Shown here one piece after another: positions 1 through 15,900 of a stretch of DNA of 64,000 bases. A program made the translations under genes and the position numbers. The stretch lies in NCBI RefSeq assembly GCF_009914755.1, contig NC_060925.1, one strand, 5' to 3'. The notes below the pieces were generated by a model, which had not been told where the DNA came from, searched no databases, and saw only the letters and a list, made by a program, of their open reading frames with translations. This stretch comes from the human T2T-CHM13v2.0 reference genome, Homo sapiens. Within the stretch, counting starts at the first letter, position 1. Every line of letters begins with the position of its first letter.

Positions 1-1239
1 CTGAGCTTAGTATATGCCTCCACTCCATTGGTCAAACTCGCTCAATCTAAAAGGAGCTGGGTAATCAGTGAGTGCTTGGTGGTGGTAATAAAGAATCTGT
101 CTACGGTGTAATTCAATTTTGTAGTCGTTATCTTTTCCATTTTAGTGTAGGGACCCACCCAATCAGACAGCTGCACAATGAAAATAAAGGCTGGGAATGC
201 CAGGGTGTGTCACTGGTTGTAGTCCCACGCTAGCAAGGGGAAAGTCAGGTTGCAAAACCAGCGCTGCCTGCCTTCAGTGGAGAAACCATGTAACCTCCCA
301 GGCCTGCAGCTTCCCTAGGCCTCAGTTCCTTCCCTGGGCATCCTCCTTGGTGAGGTTTCTGGATCCCTGCAGGCACTGGTAGTTTTTGGTTTGGGTGCTC
401 ATATAAAACTCCTTACAAGTCTGTTAACACAATCTTATCTTACTGTCATTATTTGCATGTTAGTTCCTTAATAGGTCCTATTTCTTTCTGTCTTCCTGAT
501 GACCCTTCCAAGAGCTCCTTTAGGTTTGGAAAAGGCAGAGTAGATCCTCTGGCCTTCCCCAATGAGGACCTGGGTGGGTGGTGGTGGTAGTAGGGGGTCG
601 GTAGACAAAGCCATCTTTAAGGAGGTGCCTTCTGCATCACCCTCCATTGTGAGATTCCAGGCAGGTGCCTTAAAATAGCTCTGCCACTAGCTGATCACTC
701 AATCCCATTCACAAGGGCAAACCTTCTTCTGTCAGGGAGAAAAGGTTTAAACATACAGAGGGAGGTAACTGTTGCAGTAAGTAGCCTTAAAGCAAGCAGA
801 GGGGCGCTAAATCATCTCTAAACTTCCAGGTCTATGATTCTAAGATCTTAATTATCCTAACTGGGAAGGAGAGAAGAAAAGAAAAAAAAAATAGGTGGCT
901 TAGAAAGTGAGCAGAGAGTGTAAAGCTTGGAGATTTTTCTATTTGAGATTTGGCTGCATTTAGAGCCAGTTTTCAAGCATTGCCAGGTTCACCTTTGTAA
1001 AAGGCGTTTAGAAATCTGCCACTATCAGATTTAAATCAATCTGGCTAATTGGTGTGATTGGAAAGTTGCAGTGGGGCAAGTAATCAGATTGGTTCCGGAG
1101 CCTCCACCCTTTGCTGTGCCTGGGTGCTACCTCCTGCAGGGTAGCATATTCCCAATTTTTGTGGTTTTGCAGTGGCCTCCTTTCCTAAGCCCACTAAGCA
1201 TTTTCCTGTTCTTTTGCAAGGTCTTCTTTTTGTGTCAGG

Positions 1240-1420
1240 GTGTGGTGGAGCCACACAGGACTGGCATGATATTCACCACTTGTTACTTATGGAACTTGAA
1301 CATATTTAACCTCTCTGACCATCAGTTTTCTCATCTGTAAAATGAGACCACATTAACGTAGCTTATAGACTTACTATGAGAATTAAATGTATACATGTGT
1401 AGATGATCATATTAGACTTT
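1240..1420 (+). mobile_element. MIR SINE
   Basis: Core 'ttaacctctctgaccatcagttttctcatctgtaaaatg'. Confidence 0.7.
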
Positions 1421-1442
1421 AATTGAAAAGCTTTCCAGTAGG

Positions 1443-2077
1443 TGTCTTAGTCTGCTTTCTGTTGCAATAACTAAATCCCTGAGACTAGGTACTTTTTTTT
1501 TTAAAGGAATTTATTTGGCTGGGCGCAGTGGCTCACGCCTGTAATCCCAGCACTTTGGGAGGCCGAGGTAGGCGGATCACGAGGTCAGGAGATCAAGACC
1601 ATCCTGGCTAACATGGTGAAACCCCATCTCTACTAAAAATACAAAAAATTAGCCGGGTGTGGTGGCAGGAGCTTGTAGTCCCAGCTACTTGGGAGGCTGA
1701 GGCAGAAAAAAGGAATTTATTTCTTACAGTTCTGGAGGCTGAGAAGTCCAGGGACAAAGGATTCCATCTAGTCGGGGCCTTCCTCTTATGGGGACCCTCT
1801 GCAGAGTCCCAAGGCAGCTTGGGACATCACATGGTGAGGGGGCTCATGAGAGAGAACCAACCTGGCTTTTTATAACAGACACACTCTTGTGATAACTAAC
1901 CCACTCACACAATGATAACCTATTATCCATTAACCCAGGAATGGACTAGTCAATCCAATCATGAGGGCAGAGCCCTCATGACTCAGTCACCTCTGAAAGG
2001 CCCCACCTCCTGATACTGTTTCACTGGAGAGTGAGTTTCAACATGAGTTTCAAAGGGGACAGTTTCAAATTATAACA
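1443..2077 (-). mobile_element. MaLR LTR (MST-type), split by an Alu
   Basis: TG...CA termini; motifs 'gaatttatttcttacagttctggaggctgagaagtcca' and 'catgagggcagagccctcatgac'; flanks gtagg/gtaga. Confidence 0.8.
1517..1708 (+). mobile_element. 3'-truncated Alu (AluY/Sc-like) with 14-bp TSD
   Basis: Alu stops at GAGGCAG; TSD aaaggaatttattt at 1503-1516 and 1709-1722. Confidence 0.9.
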
Positions 2078-2089
2078 GTAGAATTATGT

Positions 2090-2290
2090 GCATGTCCAGG
2101 TGTGCCATTTAGTAGCTGTGAGACCTTAAACAAATTACTGTGCCTCAGTTTTTTTATCTGTAAAATAGAGATAATAATACTACCTACTTCAATGGTTTTT
2201 GGTAATGATTAAATGAGTTAATATGTGTAAAATGCTTGGCATAGTAATTGGCAGATGGTGTGTACTATGTTTTAGCTTTTAATATTATTA
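2090..2290 (+). mobile_element. MIR SINE
   Basis: 'gcctcagttttttatctgtaaaatagagataataatactacctac'. Confidence 0.75.
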
Positions 2291-3289
2291 TTATGCATAT
2301 TATTATGCAACACACCCAGTCTAATACCTGGCACAGAGGAATGTTAAAAAAAAAAAAAAAGTTTGAATCCCTGTGCTCTGACACCTTTAGCTCCAAACTT
2401 GCTGCTGCTACTCAGGATCTCCTTCCTCTCTAGTTGTCCTGTTTAGCTGAGCCTCTCTCCAGCTTATGTGAAACCGTGTCTTGGTAGCTGCTGGGCAATT
2501 AGGCATTCAAGGCCCATGTTTGGTGGCCTAGGTAGGCCAGCAGGCAAGTTCAGGAGGGACTGAATCGGTGAGAAGGACCAACAACTTTCACTGACCTCAT
2601 GACTTCATTCCCTTTATTTGGGGTTCTAGCCTCAGGACACACCAGAGAGGGAAGCCACGGCGTGTCCTTCAGGCCTTCTCAGGAAGCAGGCTTTCCTGAA
2701 GGAAGCAGTCCCTAAAACAGACTTGCACCTCTACATTTTGTCAGCCCTGGCACATGCTGTAGGAGGTTCTGGGTTAGCTTCGATGGGGATGTTTTTTCAA
2801 GCCTGCAAACTGCAATAGGTGACAACTTCCAGTCCCAAGAGTTTGGCTGGCTCTGCGTTGAACACAAAGCTTCCACTTGCTGCTGAGGGCTGCTGTGCTC
2901 TGCCTGCCTTCCAGGGAGAGTTACTTCTGGAAGGCTGTCATGGAGGGAGGAGAGCTAGGCTGCCGGGCCAGCTGCCCACTACACTGGTTCAAACTGGCTG
3001 TGCTGGCTCAACAAGGAAAAGACAATCTCACTAATCAGCAGAATCAATCACAGATTAGGAGCTTACCCTGCGAAGGCACAGTGGAGGGTAAAATGGAACA
3101 GAAAACAAAGCCCATGTCCTCAAGGAGTTCGCCAAGCTGGTGGAGGAGACGAAAACACTTAAAGAGTAAACTAATAATAACAGGGTATCCGAAGTCACCA
3201 GTTTGTCCTTGCAGGTATCAGTGACCTATAGCACTCCTTAAACTCCTGTGGTTCTAGGTAAAACAAACCTTCCCAGCAGAGGCATAATA

Positions 3290-3500
3290 CTACCTATTCT
3301 ATACCAGGCATTCTTCTAAAGGCTTTTTAATATATTATTTTGTTTAGTTTTCACAGTGACCTTTTGTAGTAGGTGTTAATCTCCTCATTTTCAGATGAGG
3401 AAACTCAGGGTCAGACAGGCAAAGGGACTAACCAGAGATCCTCTAGGTAAGAAGTGATGGAACCAGGATCCAAAGCCAGGTTCTCTGGCTCTGGAGGCTG
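3290..3500 (-). mobile_element. MIR SINE
   Basis: 'cattttcagatgaggaaactcaggg'. Confidence 0.7.
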
Positions 3501-3974
3501 TCCCTTCACCCTCCAGGTTAAACTAGCCGGAGCCAGGGAGGGCGGCTCTGGGAACCACACTGGATAGGACTCCTTCCTCTCTGACGTTGTGGGGAATCCA
3601 CTGTTGCCTGCTCCTGCCCTTGCTGACTAAAGGCCTCTTGTGTGTGTTGTGTTCAGTAACTTGAGGGAGAATCTGCTCAGTTTGTCCACCCACCACCCAA
3701 GGTAGGAATCCCTCTCAGGGAAGGGGTCTCCTGCCCCCTCATAGGCTTTGGGCCACTCCCAGATGGTTGCTTTTAGGGGAGAAAAGGATGCTAATCCAAT
3801 CAGTTGTGACCAGGATGGTGGTAGTCACATGGCATAGGGGAATCAAATGGTTCCCCGTAACCATCTGATTGTTAGGAGGAGCTTGCCTAGTGCATGCATC
3901 TATAAAGAAGGATGTGACAGCTCCTTCCTCCCTACTTATGCTGTATTGCTGCTGGCTGTGCACTCAGAAGCCTT

Positions 3975-4380
3975 AAAAAACATACATGTTTGCACATAGT
4001 ATATTTATAAGACTGTTAATAGTGAAAAATAAATGTAACTATCCAGCCATAGGGGATGTACCTAAACAACAGATTACCATATAACTGTTGAAATCAATGC
4101 TATATAAGTATACTTATTAACATAGAAAGATTTTTTTCAGTATGTTGCTAAATGTCAGGATCCACTTGAAAAACAGAATGAATAGTCTGATCCTATTTTC
4201 AGAAGGAAAAAATGTATATGTGTGTATAGAAAAACATTTTCATTTATACATCAACATATTAATGGAGGCTGTCTCTGATAGGAAGGATTTTAGGTTATTT
4301 AAGTTCTTTTTGCTTATGTGTATTTACATTTTTCTACAGTAAATATACATTTCTTATTTAATAAACCTGTTATTTTTAGA
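3975..4380 (+). mobile_element. Old L1 (L1M) 3' fragment
   Basis: AT-rich L1M 3'UTR-like text ending 'ttttctacagtaaatatacatttc'. Confidence 0.5.
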
Positions 4381-4722
4381 AGATCTAATGATGTTAGAAA
4401 TAATCTTAATTTTATAAAAAGAATCATCTCACCTTAAATATGAGAAAACAAAATATCTGAATTTCTTGTTCTTTCTCCCTTTTTCCCCCTTGTTTTTGGT
4501 GGAAAGCAGATAGTATTCATTGTGGAGAATGATTCTAGGCTAGTAATTTACCTTAGAGCCATGGCATACGAGAGCTGGAAGAGATTTTAGGGATCATCTA
4601 GCCCAATTCCTTATTTAACAGATGAGGAAACTGGACTGAGAGGCTTAGCTAGTTCTATAAGTGCTCGGTAGCAAAACTTTGGTTGGAATCCAGGTCCTTG
4701 GACACAGTCCAGAGAATTTTCT

Positions 4723-5034
4723 TTTCTTTTCTTTTCTTTTTTTTTTGTTTCGAGACGGAGTCTCACTCTGTCACCCAGGCTGGAGTGCAGTGGCATGATC
4801 TTGGCTCACTGCAACCTCTGCCTCCTGGGTGCAAGTGATTCTCCTGCCTCAGCCTCCTGAGTCGCTGGGACTACAGGCATGTGACACCACGCCTGGCTCA
4901 TCTTTTGTATTTTTAGTAGAGACGGGGTTTCACTGTGTTAGCCAGGATGGTCTCGAACTCCTGACCTCTGGTGATCCATCCACCTCGGCCTTCCAAAGTG
5001 CTGGGATTACAGGCGTGAGCCACTGCACCCGGCC
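4723..5034 (-). mobile_element. Alu (AluS), inserted at a MIR end
   Basis: Full dimer with poly-T; TSD cagtccag.g.attttct. Confidence 0.93.
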
Positions 5035-5579
5035 CAGTCCAGGGCATTTTCTACACCACTATGACAGGCTGTTATATTTGCCTCGTTGACACATAGAGAG
5101 GACTGTAATCTTTTCGTGTGGAGGTAACAACTCTTAAGCGTAGAAAAGTTGTCATGCTGACCAGTCACTCTTCTTCAGTCACTATTCTACTGAGAGGAAA
5201 ACATGGGTTTTAACTGATTGCAGATCCAATGTTGAGAGTTACGACATTGTGATGGGTGCTGGGAAAATAATTCTTGCAGTCCCTTATAGAAATCTCCTAC
5301 CTAGAAATCTTATATGTGATTCCACAAGAAGGCAGAGGCCAGGCCACAAGCGTTTTTCCATGTCCCCTCCTCTTCTTCAGCTGTTGGGTCATAAATGCTG
5401 CTTGGGATATGTTCATTCCTCTTCCCAACATTTATCTTTCTGAAAAGTAGGTAGTGATAGTTGTTCAAAGTCAGCATACCATAAATATCGCTCTTAACCC
5501 TTTTGTGAAACCAGTTTTGAGATACTGCACTGATCATATTGCTTTGCCAACTCTCCTGGAGAATCCTTGGCATTAACTA

Positions 5580-6050
5580 TATTGCGTCAGTTAAGACTTT
5601 TGGCTACACACATCAGAAACTCCCCTTGAACTAGTTTAGCAAAAAAGGGAATATATTAGCTTATGGAATCCATAGAAAGGTTGAGTATCCAAACTAAGAA
5701 AAGGTCAGGAAAACATGGAGCTGGGCCTCAGGAACCACAAGCACCAGGGACTTCACTGTGCCGGCCTTTGTCTCTACTGTGCATCTGTTTCTCACTCATG
5801 GTTGCTTCATTTCTCTTTTACTGCAGACAGGCTATCTCCATTTCCATGGCCATATTTCCATAGGACAGTTTCTATCACCAGAGATGAACTTAGCTGATCT
5901 TTCACTTGTTCTAAGTTAAGAAATCCCAATGGGAGGGCCAATGTGTGTTCCAGCTGTGACCAGGTTCTGGGTCATCTAAGAACATGATGTTTCCAACATG
6001 AACACATTGTCTAGGGGAAAAGCAGGTCTTAGAAGATTGGGAGGTAGTGG
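5580..6050. mobile_element. Old LTR fragment (MLT1/LTR33-like)
   Basis: 'gtcagttaagacttttggct...aactagtttagcaaaaaagggaatatattag' resembles an old MaLR/ERVL LTR end. Confidence 0.4.
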
Positions 6051-7752
6051 GCTAAGACGAGGATATCCTTCACCCCTAGCTATTCCTTAGAGATAATAAG
6101 TTTGATGAGGAGGCAGAACAATTAGGTGATGAGTGAGAATTCTTAAGAAGTGAAAATAAAAATCCTGAGAGTGTGGATGTGCCTGGCCAGGGTCATCCAT
6201 TTTTACAATGTTTTGACATCCAGTGAAAAAATAATTGCAGTGAATCTCTCCCTGACTTGGCCCCCAAAGAGGCAGACCTAGGTATTTTAGGACCTGAGTC
6301 AAGTTTGAAGAACTGTGCTGTCTCTTCCCAACCTTCTCTTCAGAGAACTAAACCACGGGGGTAACAATCCTGTAATTTTGGCCGTATTTATAAATCCCTG
6401 ATCCTTTATGTAGCGCATTTTTTCTACTCTGCGCTTAGTCTGAATGTTGCTATTTTCACAGAGGAAATCAGAGGAAAGAGACTATAATTATAGGTCAAAC
6501 ACCAGCTCCGGAAACAGTGAAGGCAGCAGAGAGCCTATGACTCCCTGCCCTCTTCCGGGTTACACCCTGGACATCTCCCCGTTCTTTCCTGGAGCCTAGG
6601 TCAGCTCTTCGCCTCTTTATCTTCATATCTTTGCTGTCTTGTTTTCCAGTCCAGCATATCATGAGACAAAAAGGGAAAGTTACAACCAAAAGCCAGTGAG
6701 TTAAAACTGCACGATACTTGGGCAAGCCTGCCTCTTGGAGATAATTCAAATGGAAAAGAAAAGACAAAAAACCCCACAACATTTCAGGTCATTGGCCTTT
6801 TTAAACAGACCGCCGGCAATATTTACTCCTCCTGAAATAGCACAGTCACATGAAATAAAACCGTGTTCGGTAAAGCCTGCAAAACAAAAGGACAATTTAC
6901 AGGCTGGCATGCTCACTGAGGGCCCTCTGTTTACCGGCCAGATCAGGGCTCTGCTTCCGGGCTCTCTAGCCACCTTCTGCCCAAACCTGCTGGAGAGCTG
7001 TGGGGGTCAAGGTCAGATTTTCTTGGAGACCCTCCCCACTCTTTTCCCCTTAAATGATTTGGAAAGGCAGGTTGAGAGTTGGGAACAGGGCTGTGAAGAG
7101 TATGTGGCTGATGTGGCCTCTACTGTAGAAGCCCAGGTTGTGAATGTCGCAGGAGGAGCTTCTAATGGTGTCTGCCCTTGTCCAGCATGGTCACCTCTGT
7201 TTCCTCTCTGTTCTTTACTCCTTACTTCTTAATGCATTTACCTCCCCCACACCTCCCCCAGACCCCTGCCTTCTCTCTCTCTCATCTGTTTTCCCCCCTC
7301 AGCCTATCTTGTATTCCCCTTTTGCCTTCTCTCCTGACCTTAGTTCTGCCAAGGACCCTTCATGGACCTTTAGTGATTAGTCCAACTGTTGCCTGGAAGG
7401 TCTAAAGTAGCTGCTAATGGTGAGGTTAATGAATGTACAGTCACAGGCCAGATCTGGGGTCATGGTGAATTCCCACTGAGACTGAGACTTCACTGAGGAC
7501 TCAGGGGAACCTTCTCAGTCTCATTCTTTAAGCTTTTCCTCTCCATTACCTGATATTTCTTTGTAAAAATCCAAAAACCATTTAAAATAATACATTATAC
7601 CTTGTTTCTCAAAGTCTTTTTATATCCGTTGATTTCATCTTTACATCAACCTTGAGAGGGAGGCAAAACAGTTGAGGAAAGAGAAAAACAAAGAAGCTCA
7701 ACAACATTCCCAAGTTAGTTACAGAGCTATGTTCTCTGCTCCCTGGGTTCTC

Positions 7753-7885
7753 CTGAAGCAGGAGAATCTCTTGAACCCAGGAGGTGGAGGTTGCAGTGAA
7801 CTGAGATAGTGCCACTGCACTCCAGCCTGGGTGACAGAGAGAGACTCCATCTAAAAAAAAAAAAAAAAAGAAGAAAGAAAATAAG
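7753..7885 (+). mobile_element. Alu right-arm fragment
   Basis: 'gcaggagaatctcttgaacccaggaggtggagg' followed by poly-A. Confidence 0.9.
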
Positions 7886-8039
7886 ATTCATTCCATACAC
7901 CAGAGAGGGATCCTCCAACACCCAGGGTGAGAAGTACATTATCAGGCATCCCTGGCTTATCAAACACTGGACACTTTGTTGACAATCAACTTTGTCACCT
8001 GGAACTTCATGAAACAGATTTCCCTGAGTGTCTGTGTTT

Positions 8040-8366
<327 letters not shown>

Positions 8367-8599
8367 TAGCAGCTACTGGTTTCATTTTCTTTTGCACATG
8401 CCAAAGTATGTACAGTAAGTGGAAGAGTTAGCCAGAGATGTATATAATGTACTCTTATTTTTTCAAATGATTCAAAAGAAAATTATGACTGTAAAAATTT
8501 ACTTTTAGGCCTCTAGTGGAGCCTCGCTCTCTCTTTCCTTCTCTCTCTTTCTCTCTGTCCATCTATCTATTACAGATACTAAGTGCTCAGCACTGTGAT

Positions 8600-9073
8600 G
8601 TAGGAGGTTCTGATATATTTGTTGGAAAAAGAATCCTCGAGAAACAGTGTAGCAGAAATGTGTGCTTTCACTTCTAACAGCCAGCACTTGCATCTCTATG
8701 TCAAAGGGCTGCTCTCAGGCTGCCAGGACCCCCTTTGCATGAAGGCACAGAGAGCTGAAGGGTCTGGACTTTACACACCCGGAAAGCAGCCCTTACCCAG
8801 TGACTGGCAGGTGCAGTGAGTAAACACTCCACTCTGAGGTCTCACTTACACTGTCACTGCCCTGTGGGACTGAGCTCAAGTTACCCTCTGTGGGATTTCA
8901 CTTGATTCCATATCCTTTTCTGGATTCCACATCTTTTTCTGGATTCCACATATTCCTCATTCCACCTTCTCACACCCCTACTGTTTTTTCCTGGGAACAC
9001 ATCCTAAAAAAAAATCACGTCCACACCAATTCTTGTCTTAAGATGTGCTTCTGAGGGAACCTAGCTGAAGACA
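8600..9073 (+). mobile_element. ERVL LTR (LTR16-like)
   Basis: 3' end 'tcttgtcttaagatgtgcttctgagggaacctagctgaagaca' resembles the LTR16 terminus. Confidence 0.55.
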
Positions 9074-9224
9074 GAGAGTTTGTTTTGTCTTGGGCTCCCT
9101 CCCAACCCAAGTCTCTAGGATCAGAGTGAGTGAGAGAGATGGGGGAGTGGAAGAGCAGGCCTGTCTTCAGACACCAGAAGGAGACGTAATTAAAAGCTGA
9201 AGATGGTGCCTTCCTAAGGACCGG

Positions 9225-9622
9225 TGATACAGTTTGCATGTCCCTTCCAAATCTTATGTTGAGATGTAATTCCCAGTGTTGGAGGTGCGGCCTGGTGGGA
9301 GGTCTTTGGGTCATCGGGGAGAATCCCTCATGGCTTGGTGTTGTCCTAGTAATAGAGAGTTCTCATGAGATTTGGTTGTTCAAAAGTGTGTGGAACCTCC
9401 CCTGGCTCGCTCTCTTGCTCCTGCTCTTGCCATGTGAGGCACCTGCACCCCCTCCACCTTCGACCATGATTGTAAACCTCCTGCGACCCTCACCAGAAGC
9501 AGATGCCAGCACCACGCTCCTTGTACTGTCTGCAGAAGTGTGAGCCAATCAAACTTCTTTTCTTTATAAATTACCCAGCCCCAGGTTTTTTTTTTAATAG
9601 TAATGCAAATGGGCAGCACTCA
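9225..9622 (+). mobile_element. MaLR LTR (MSTB-like)
   Basis: 'tgatacagtttgcatgtccc...aattcccagtgttggaggtg...ataaattacccagcc'. Confidence 0.85.
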
Positions 9623-9904
9623 AGCAGGGAGAGACAGTGTTCCCAGGTCTGCACAGAATGTATCTCTAGTGCAGAGGGGAGAGGACTGATGGTAACTGAA
9701 TATCACTTGACACCTCAGGGTTCCCAGTTTGAAAAATACCAGGAGATGGAACCCATGTGGGAAAATGACATCCTTAAAGTAGGCAGAGGGAGCAGCTTCG
9801 AGGCCTTTCTTCCAGGTGGTTTCTTGGGGGCAGATGTGCATGAGCAGACTTAGGCCTGAGTGCATGAGAACCATCATCTGGGATGCCCAGAAATAACTGG
9901 GAGA

Positions 9905-10270
9905 ATGAATGAAGCACTGATACATACAACCACATAGATGCACCTTGACAACATGCTAAGGCAAGAAGCCAGTCATAAAAGGCCATATACTGTTTGGTTC
10001 CATTTATATGAAATGTCCAGAACAGGCAAAGCCATGGAGACAGAAAGCAAATTAATGGTTGCCAGGGGCTGGGAGGAGATGGGAATTAATGGGAAGTGAC
10101 TGTTTTGTGGGTAGGGGGTTATCTTTTTCAGTGATGAAAATATTCTGGAACTAGATAGTGGTGATGGTTGTACAGAGTTGTGAAATACTAAAAGCCGCTG
10201 AGTTGTACACCTTAAAATGGCACATTTTATGATATGTAATTACATACGTAAACCTCAATTTTAGAAAAGA
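9905..10270 (+). mobile_element. L1MB-type 3' end
   Basis: 'ccatttatatgaaatgtccagaacaggcaaa' and 'ctggaactagatagtggtgatggttgtaca'. Confidence 0.85.
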
Positions 10271-10630
10271 AAGAACTAGGAAATTTGAGGTGGCAGAAGA
10301 AAAGCTGAGGTCCTGATTCACAAGAGGAAGTTGCAAGTTAGTAAAATATTTGTTGTTAATGCTACTTTCTCTTCATTTATTGCCTGAATTGTTTCTCATT
10401 TGCCTGGTGATGATTGGGATCATCTGTGTTACATGAGACAGTATAGAATTCAGTGCTAAGTTGTGCAGCACACATTCTAAGTGTGGAAGGTGGGTTGTAT
10501 AGATCACATACTGTACAACCTCCGTGTCTGTACATGGTAGCCCTGGTCAGTTACATATTTCTGCAAACTTCAACACAGGATCTCCACATACAAAGATAGA
10601 ATGCTAGATTCTTTCTTCTAATTGTTTCAA

Positions 10631-10878
10631 TGGAGTGCAGTGGCGAGATCTCGGCTCACTGCAACCTCCGCTCCCGAGTTCAAGCAAATCTCCTGTCTCA
10701 GCCTCTCAAGTAGTTGGGACAACAGGCACACGCCTGACTAATTTTTTTGTATTTTTAGTAGAGACAGGGTTTCACCATATTGGCCAGGCTGGTCTCGAAC
10801 TCCTGGCCTCAAGTGATTCACCCGATTCAGCCTCCAAAGTGCTGGGATTATAGGCATGAGCCACCACACAGAACCTGA
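10631..10878 (-). mobile_element. Alu lacking its 3' tail
   Basis: Antisense Alu starting at 'tggagtgcagtggcg'. Confidence 0.9.
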
Positions 10879-12025
10879 GACCATGTCTTTTTAAGCAAAG
10901 GGATTCCCCCCTTTCTTTGCTGCCTTGAGTCGGGGAGCTATAGGTTCTTCCTGATGCTGTGATTTCCCTACCTGACTCCAAACTGGGTATACACCAGGGG
11001 CCTGGCACTGGTGCCCACCCTATGAGAGTCTTCAACCCTGGATAGGGTTCTGTTCTGTTTGCTACGGATCTTCCCAGATTCTTCTCCAAATGTCAGGGTT
11101 GGTACCTGGGTCCAAAGATTTGCCTCATTTCTGAGGCAACAGAAAAGCAGATTTGATTTCTGGAAGTCATTATGGCATCTGATTTTTCTTGGTCACAATA
11201 CACTCTAACATGGAGTAGGCTAATTATGATAATACATTTGATATAAAACTATAGTGAAATTGTAGTCTAAGCACTAAGGCCAGTTCAAAAGTCATTACAA
11301 GTTTTCTTTTTCAGTGAAAGAAAAAGGAAGTTCCAATTAAAATGTAGGATTTAGCTCCAACCATCCAGTTCTAGCATTTCCTAAGCTTTTGGGACTAAAA
11401 ATAAATCATTTTCTGACAGTAGTTAGACAGTTCCTTTTCCTCTGAACAGCACGGTCTGAGAGATAGTTAACTTCCCAGCATTCTTCTGTGTATTGTGCGG
11501 CGGGTCCAGCCCTCCGCTCCTCACCTCCACACTTCCACCCCGCGAGAGAAATCAGCATAGATGGGTCTCTCCTCCACGGCCTGCATTTCATAAGGGGGTC
11601 TGTCTCCAGACACCCAGGTTGGGTGTTTACTTGAAGGCTTGGATGGATAGGAATGCCACTTTCTTATTCCAGAGCTGGTGGAGTGCCTGCTCCCCGCTAC
11701 TGGCTGTGAGCCAGAGATGGCCTAAAGTCTAAACATTCCCACTATGTAGGCATGTTTTCAATGTCCCTGAGCTTGAGTCACATCTGAACTCAGAGTTTCT
11801 GCCTCCTGAGGGAGTTTATGTGGTTGTGTCTGTGTGCTGGTGGGGTTTGTATATGCATATTATGGATTGGAGTGTTTGTGTGTATGTATGGGTGTATTCT
11901 GGGAGTTAAAGTGGCTAAGTGTACATATAAAAATTGATATTTATTGTGAAACAGTCAAACAGTAAAGAAAAATGTAAGTTAAAAAACCATAAAATATCAC
12001 TTTAGTGGACACTTTCCCATGTATT

Positions 12026-12028
<3 letters not shown>

Positions 12029-12062
<34 letters not shown>
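12029..12062. repeat. (AC)17 microsatellite
   Basis: Read directly. Confidence 0.95.
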
Positions 12063-12064
<2 letters not shown>

Positions 12065-12129
12065 AATTTTCTATAAGTGTTATCAATATATTGGAAGGCT
12101 GTTTTCTAAGCTAATAATAATAAGAATGG

Positions 12130-12380
12130 AGAGTGAGTGCTTGCTGTGTGCTAAGTACTGTGCTGGTCCCTTGTCCCTTGATATAGATTAACCTCACTTA
12201 ATTCTCATGGCCACTTTATGAGGTAGGTACTATCATTATCCCCGTTTTACAGATGAGAAGACTAAGCCAGAGAGAGGGTAGATAAGGTTAGTCTCAAGTG
12301 GGTGGCCACACAGCTAGTAAGGGAATGGAACTGGGATTTGGACTCATCTGACTCTGGGGACTCTGTTCTTGACCACTGCT
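12130..12380 (-). mobile_element. MIR SINE
   Basis: 'ccccgttttacagatgagaagactaagcccagagaga'. Confidence 0.8.
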
Positions 12381-12424
12381 TGATAAAACCAGGTGACAGT
12401 AGGCAGCACAGCTGGGCAAGGGTT

Positions 12425-13620
<1,196 letters not shown>

Positions 13621-13627
13621 AGTAATG

Positions 13628-13810
13628 CAAGGGTTCTCAGTATTGACTGCCTATGACAATCACCTAAAGAAGTTTTAAAAAAATACTCAGGTGCAGGCCA
13701 AACCCTCAGAGATTTTGATTCAGTTAGTCTGGGTTGAGGCTGGGAAAATGGTAGTCTTTAAAAGCTCCCCAGGTGATTCTAGAGTGCCACCAACGTTGGG
13801 ACCACATCAC
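13628..13810. mobile_element. MER5-type hAT MITE
   Basis: 'ggttctcag...aaaagctccccaggtgattcta...ttgggaccac'. Confidence 0.7.
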
Positions 13811-13885
13811 TACATGGCAGTGTTTAAGAACACAGGCTCTTGTCTCCACAACTTACCAGAAAGCAGGAGATCTTGGGCAAGCTTA

Positions 13886-14197
<312 letters not shown>

Positions 14198-14325
14198 TAG
14201 TATTTTTAAGCCTTTGGTTTTCTCACCTATAAAATGGGGATGATAATAGTTACCCCATTGATTAGTAATTATGATATAATATTTATTATAAAACAGTCAA
14301 ACAAAAAGGAAAAATATAAGGTATA

Positions 14326-14975
<650 letters not shown>

Positions 14976-15059
14976 TTAGTATAGTATATAAGGATTTGAG
15001 CACTGTTTCTGACACAGAGTAAGCATTCAATACATAGCAGCTATCATTAATACACTGCA

Positions 15060-15900
<841 letters not shown>

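Noticed and set aside
792-810. CTCF-like GCAAGCAGAGGGGCGCTA, and CCACTGGGGGGC near 37179
   Set aside because: Core spacing or base mismatches to the consensus; cannot be supported without a PWM scan or ChIP data.
3200-3450. Possible lncRNA exons (ttgcAG at 3214; GTAAAA and GTAAGA donors)
   Set aside because: Isolated splice-like motifs are frequent by chance, and one lies in a MIR.
6735-7232. 165-aa ORF in unique sequence
   Set aside because: Non-ATG start, no recognisable domain and no supporting splice structure.
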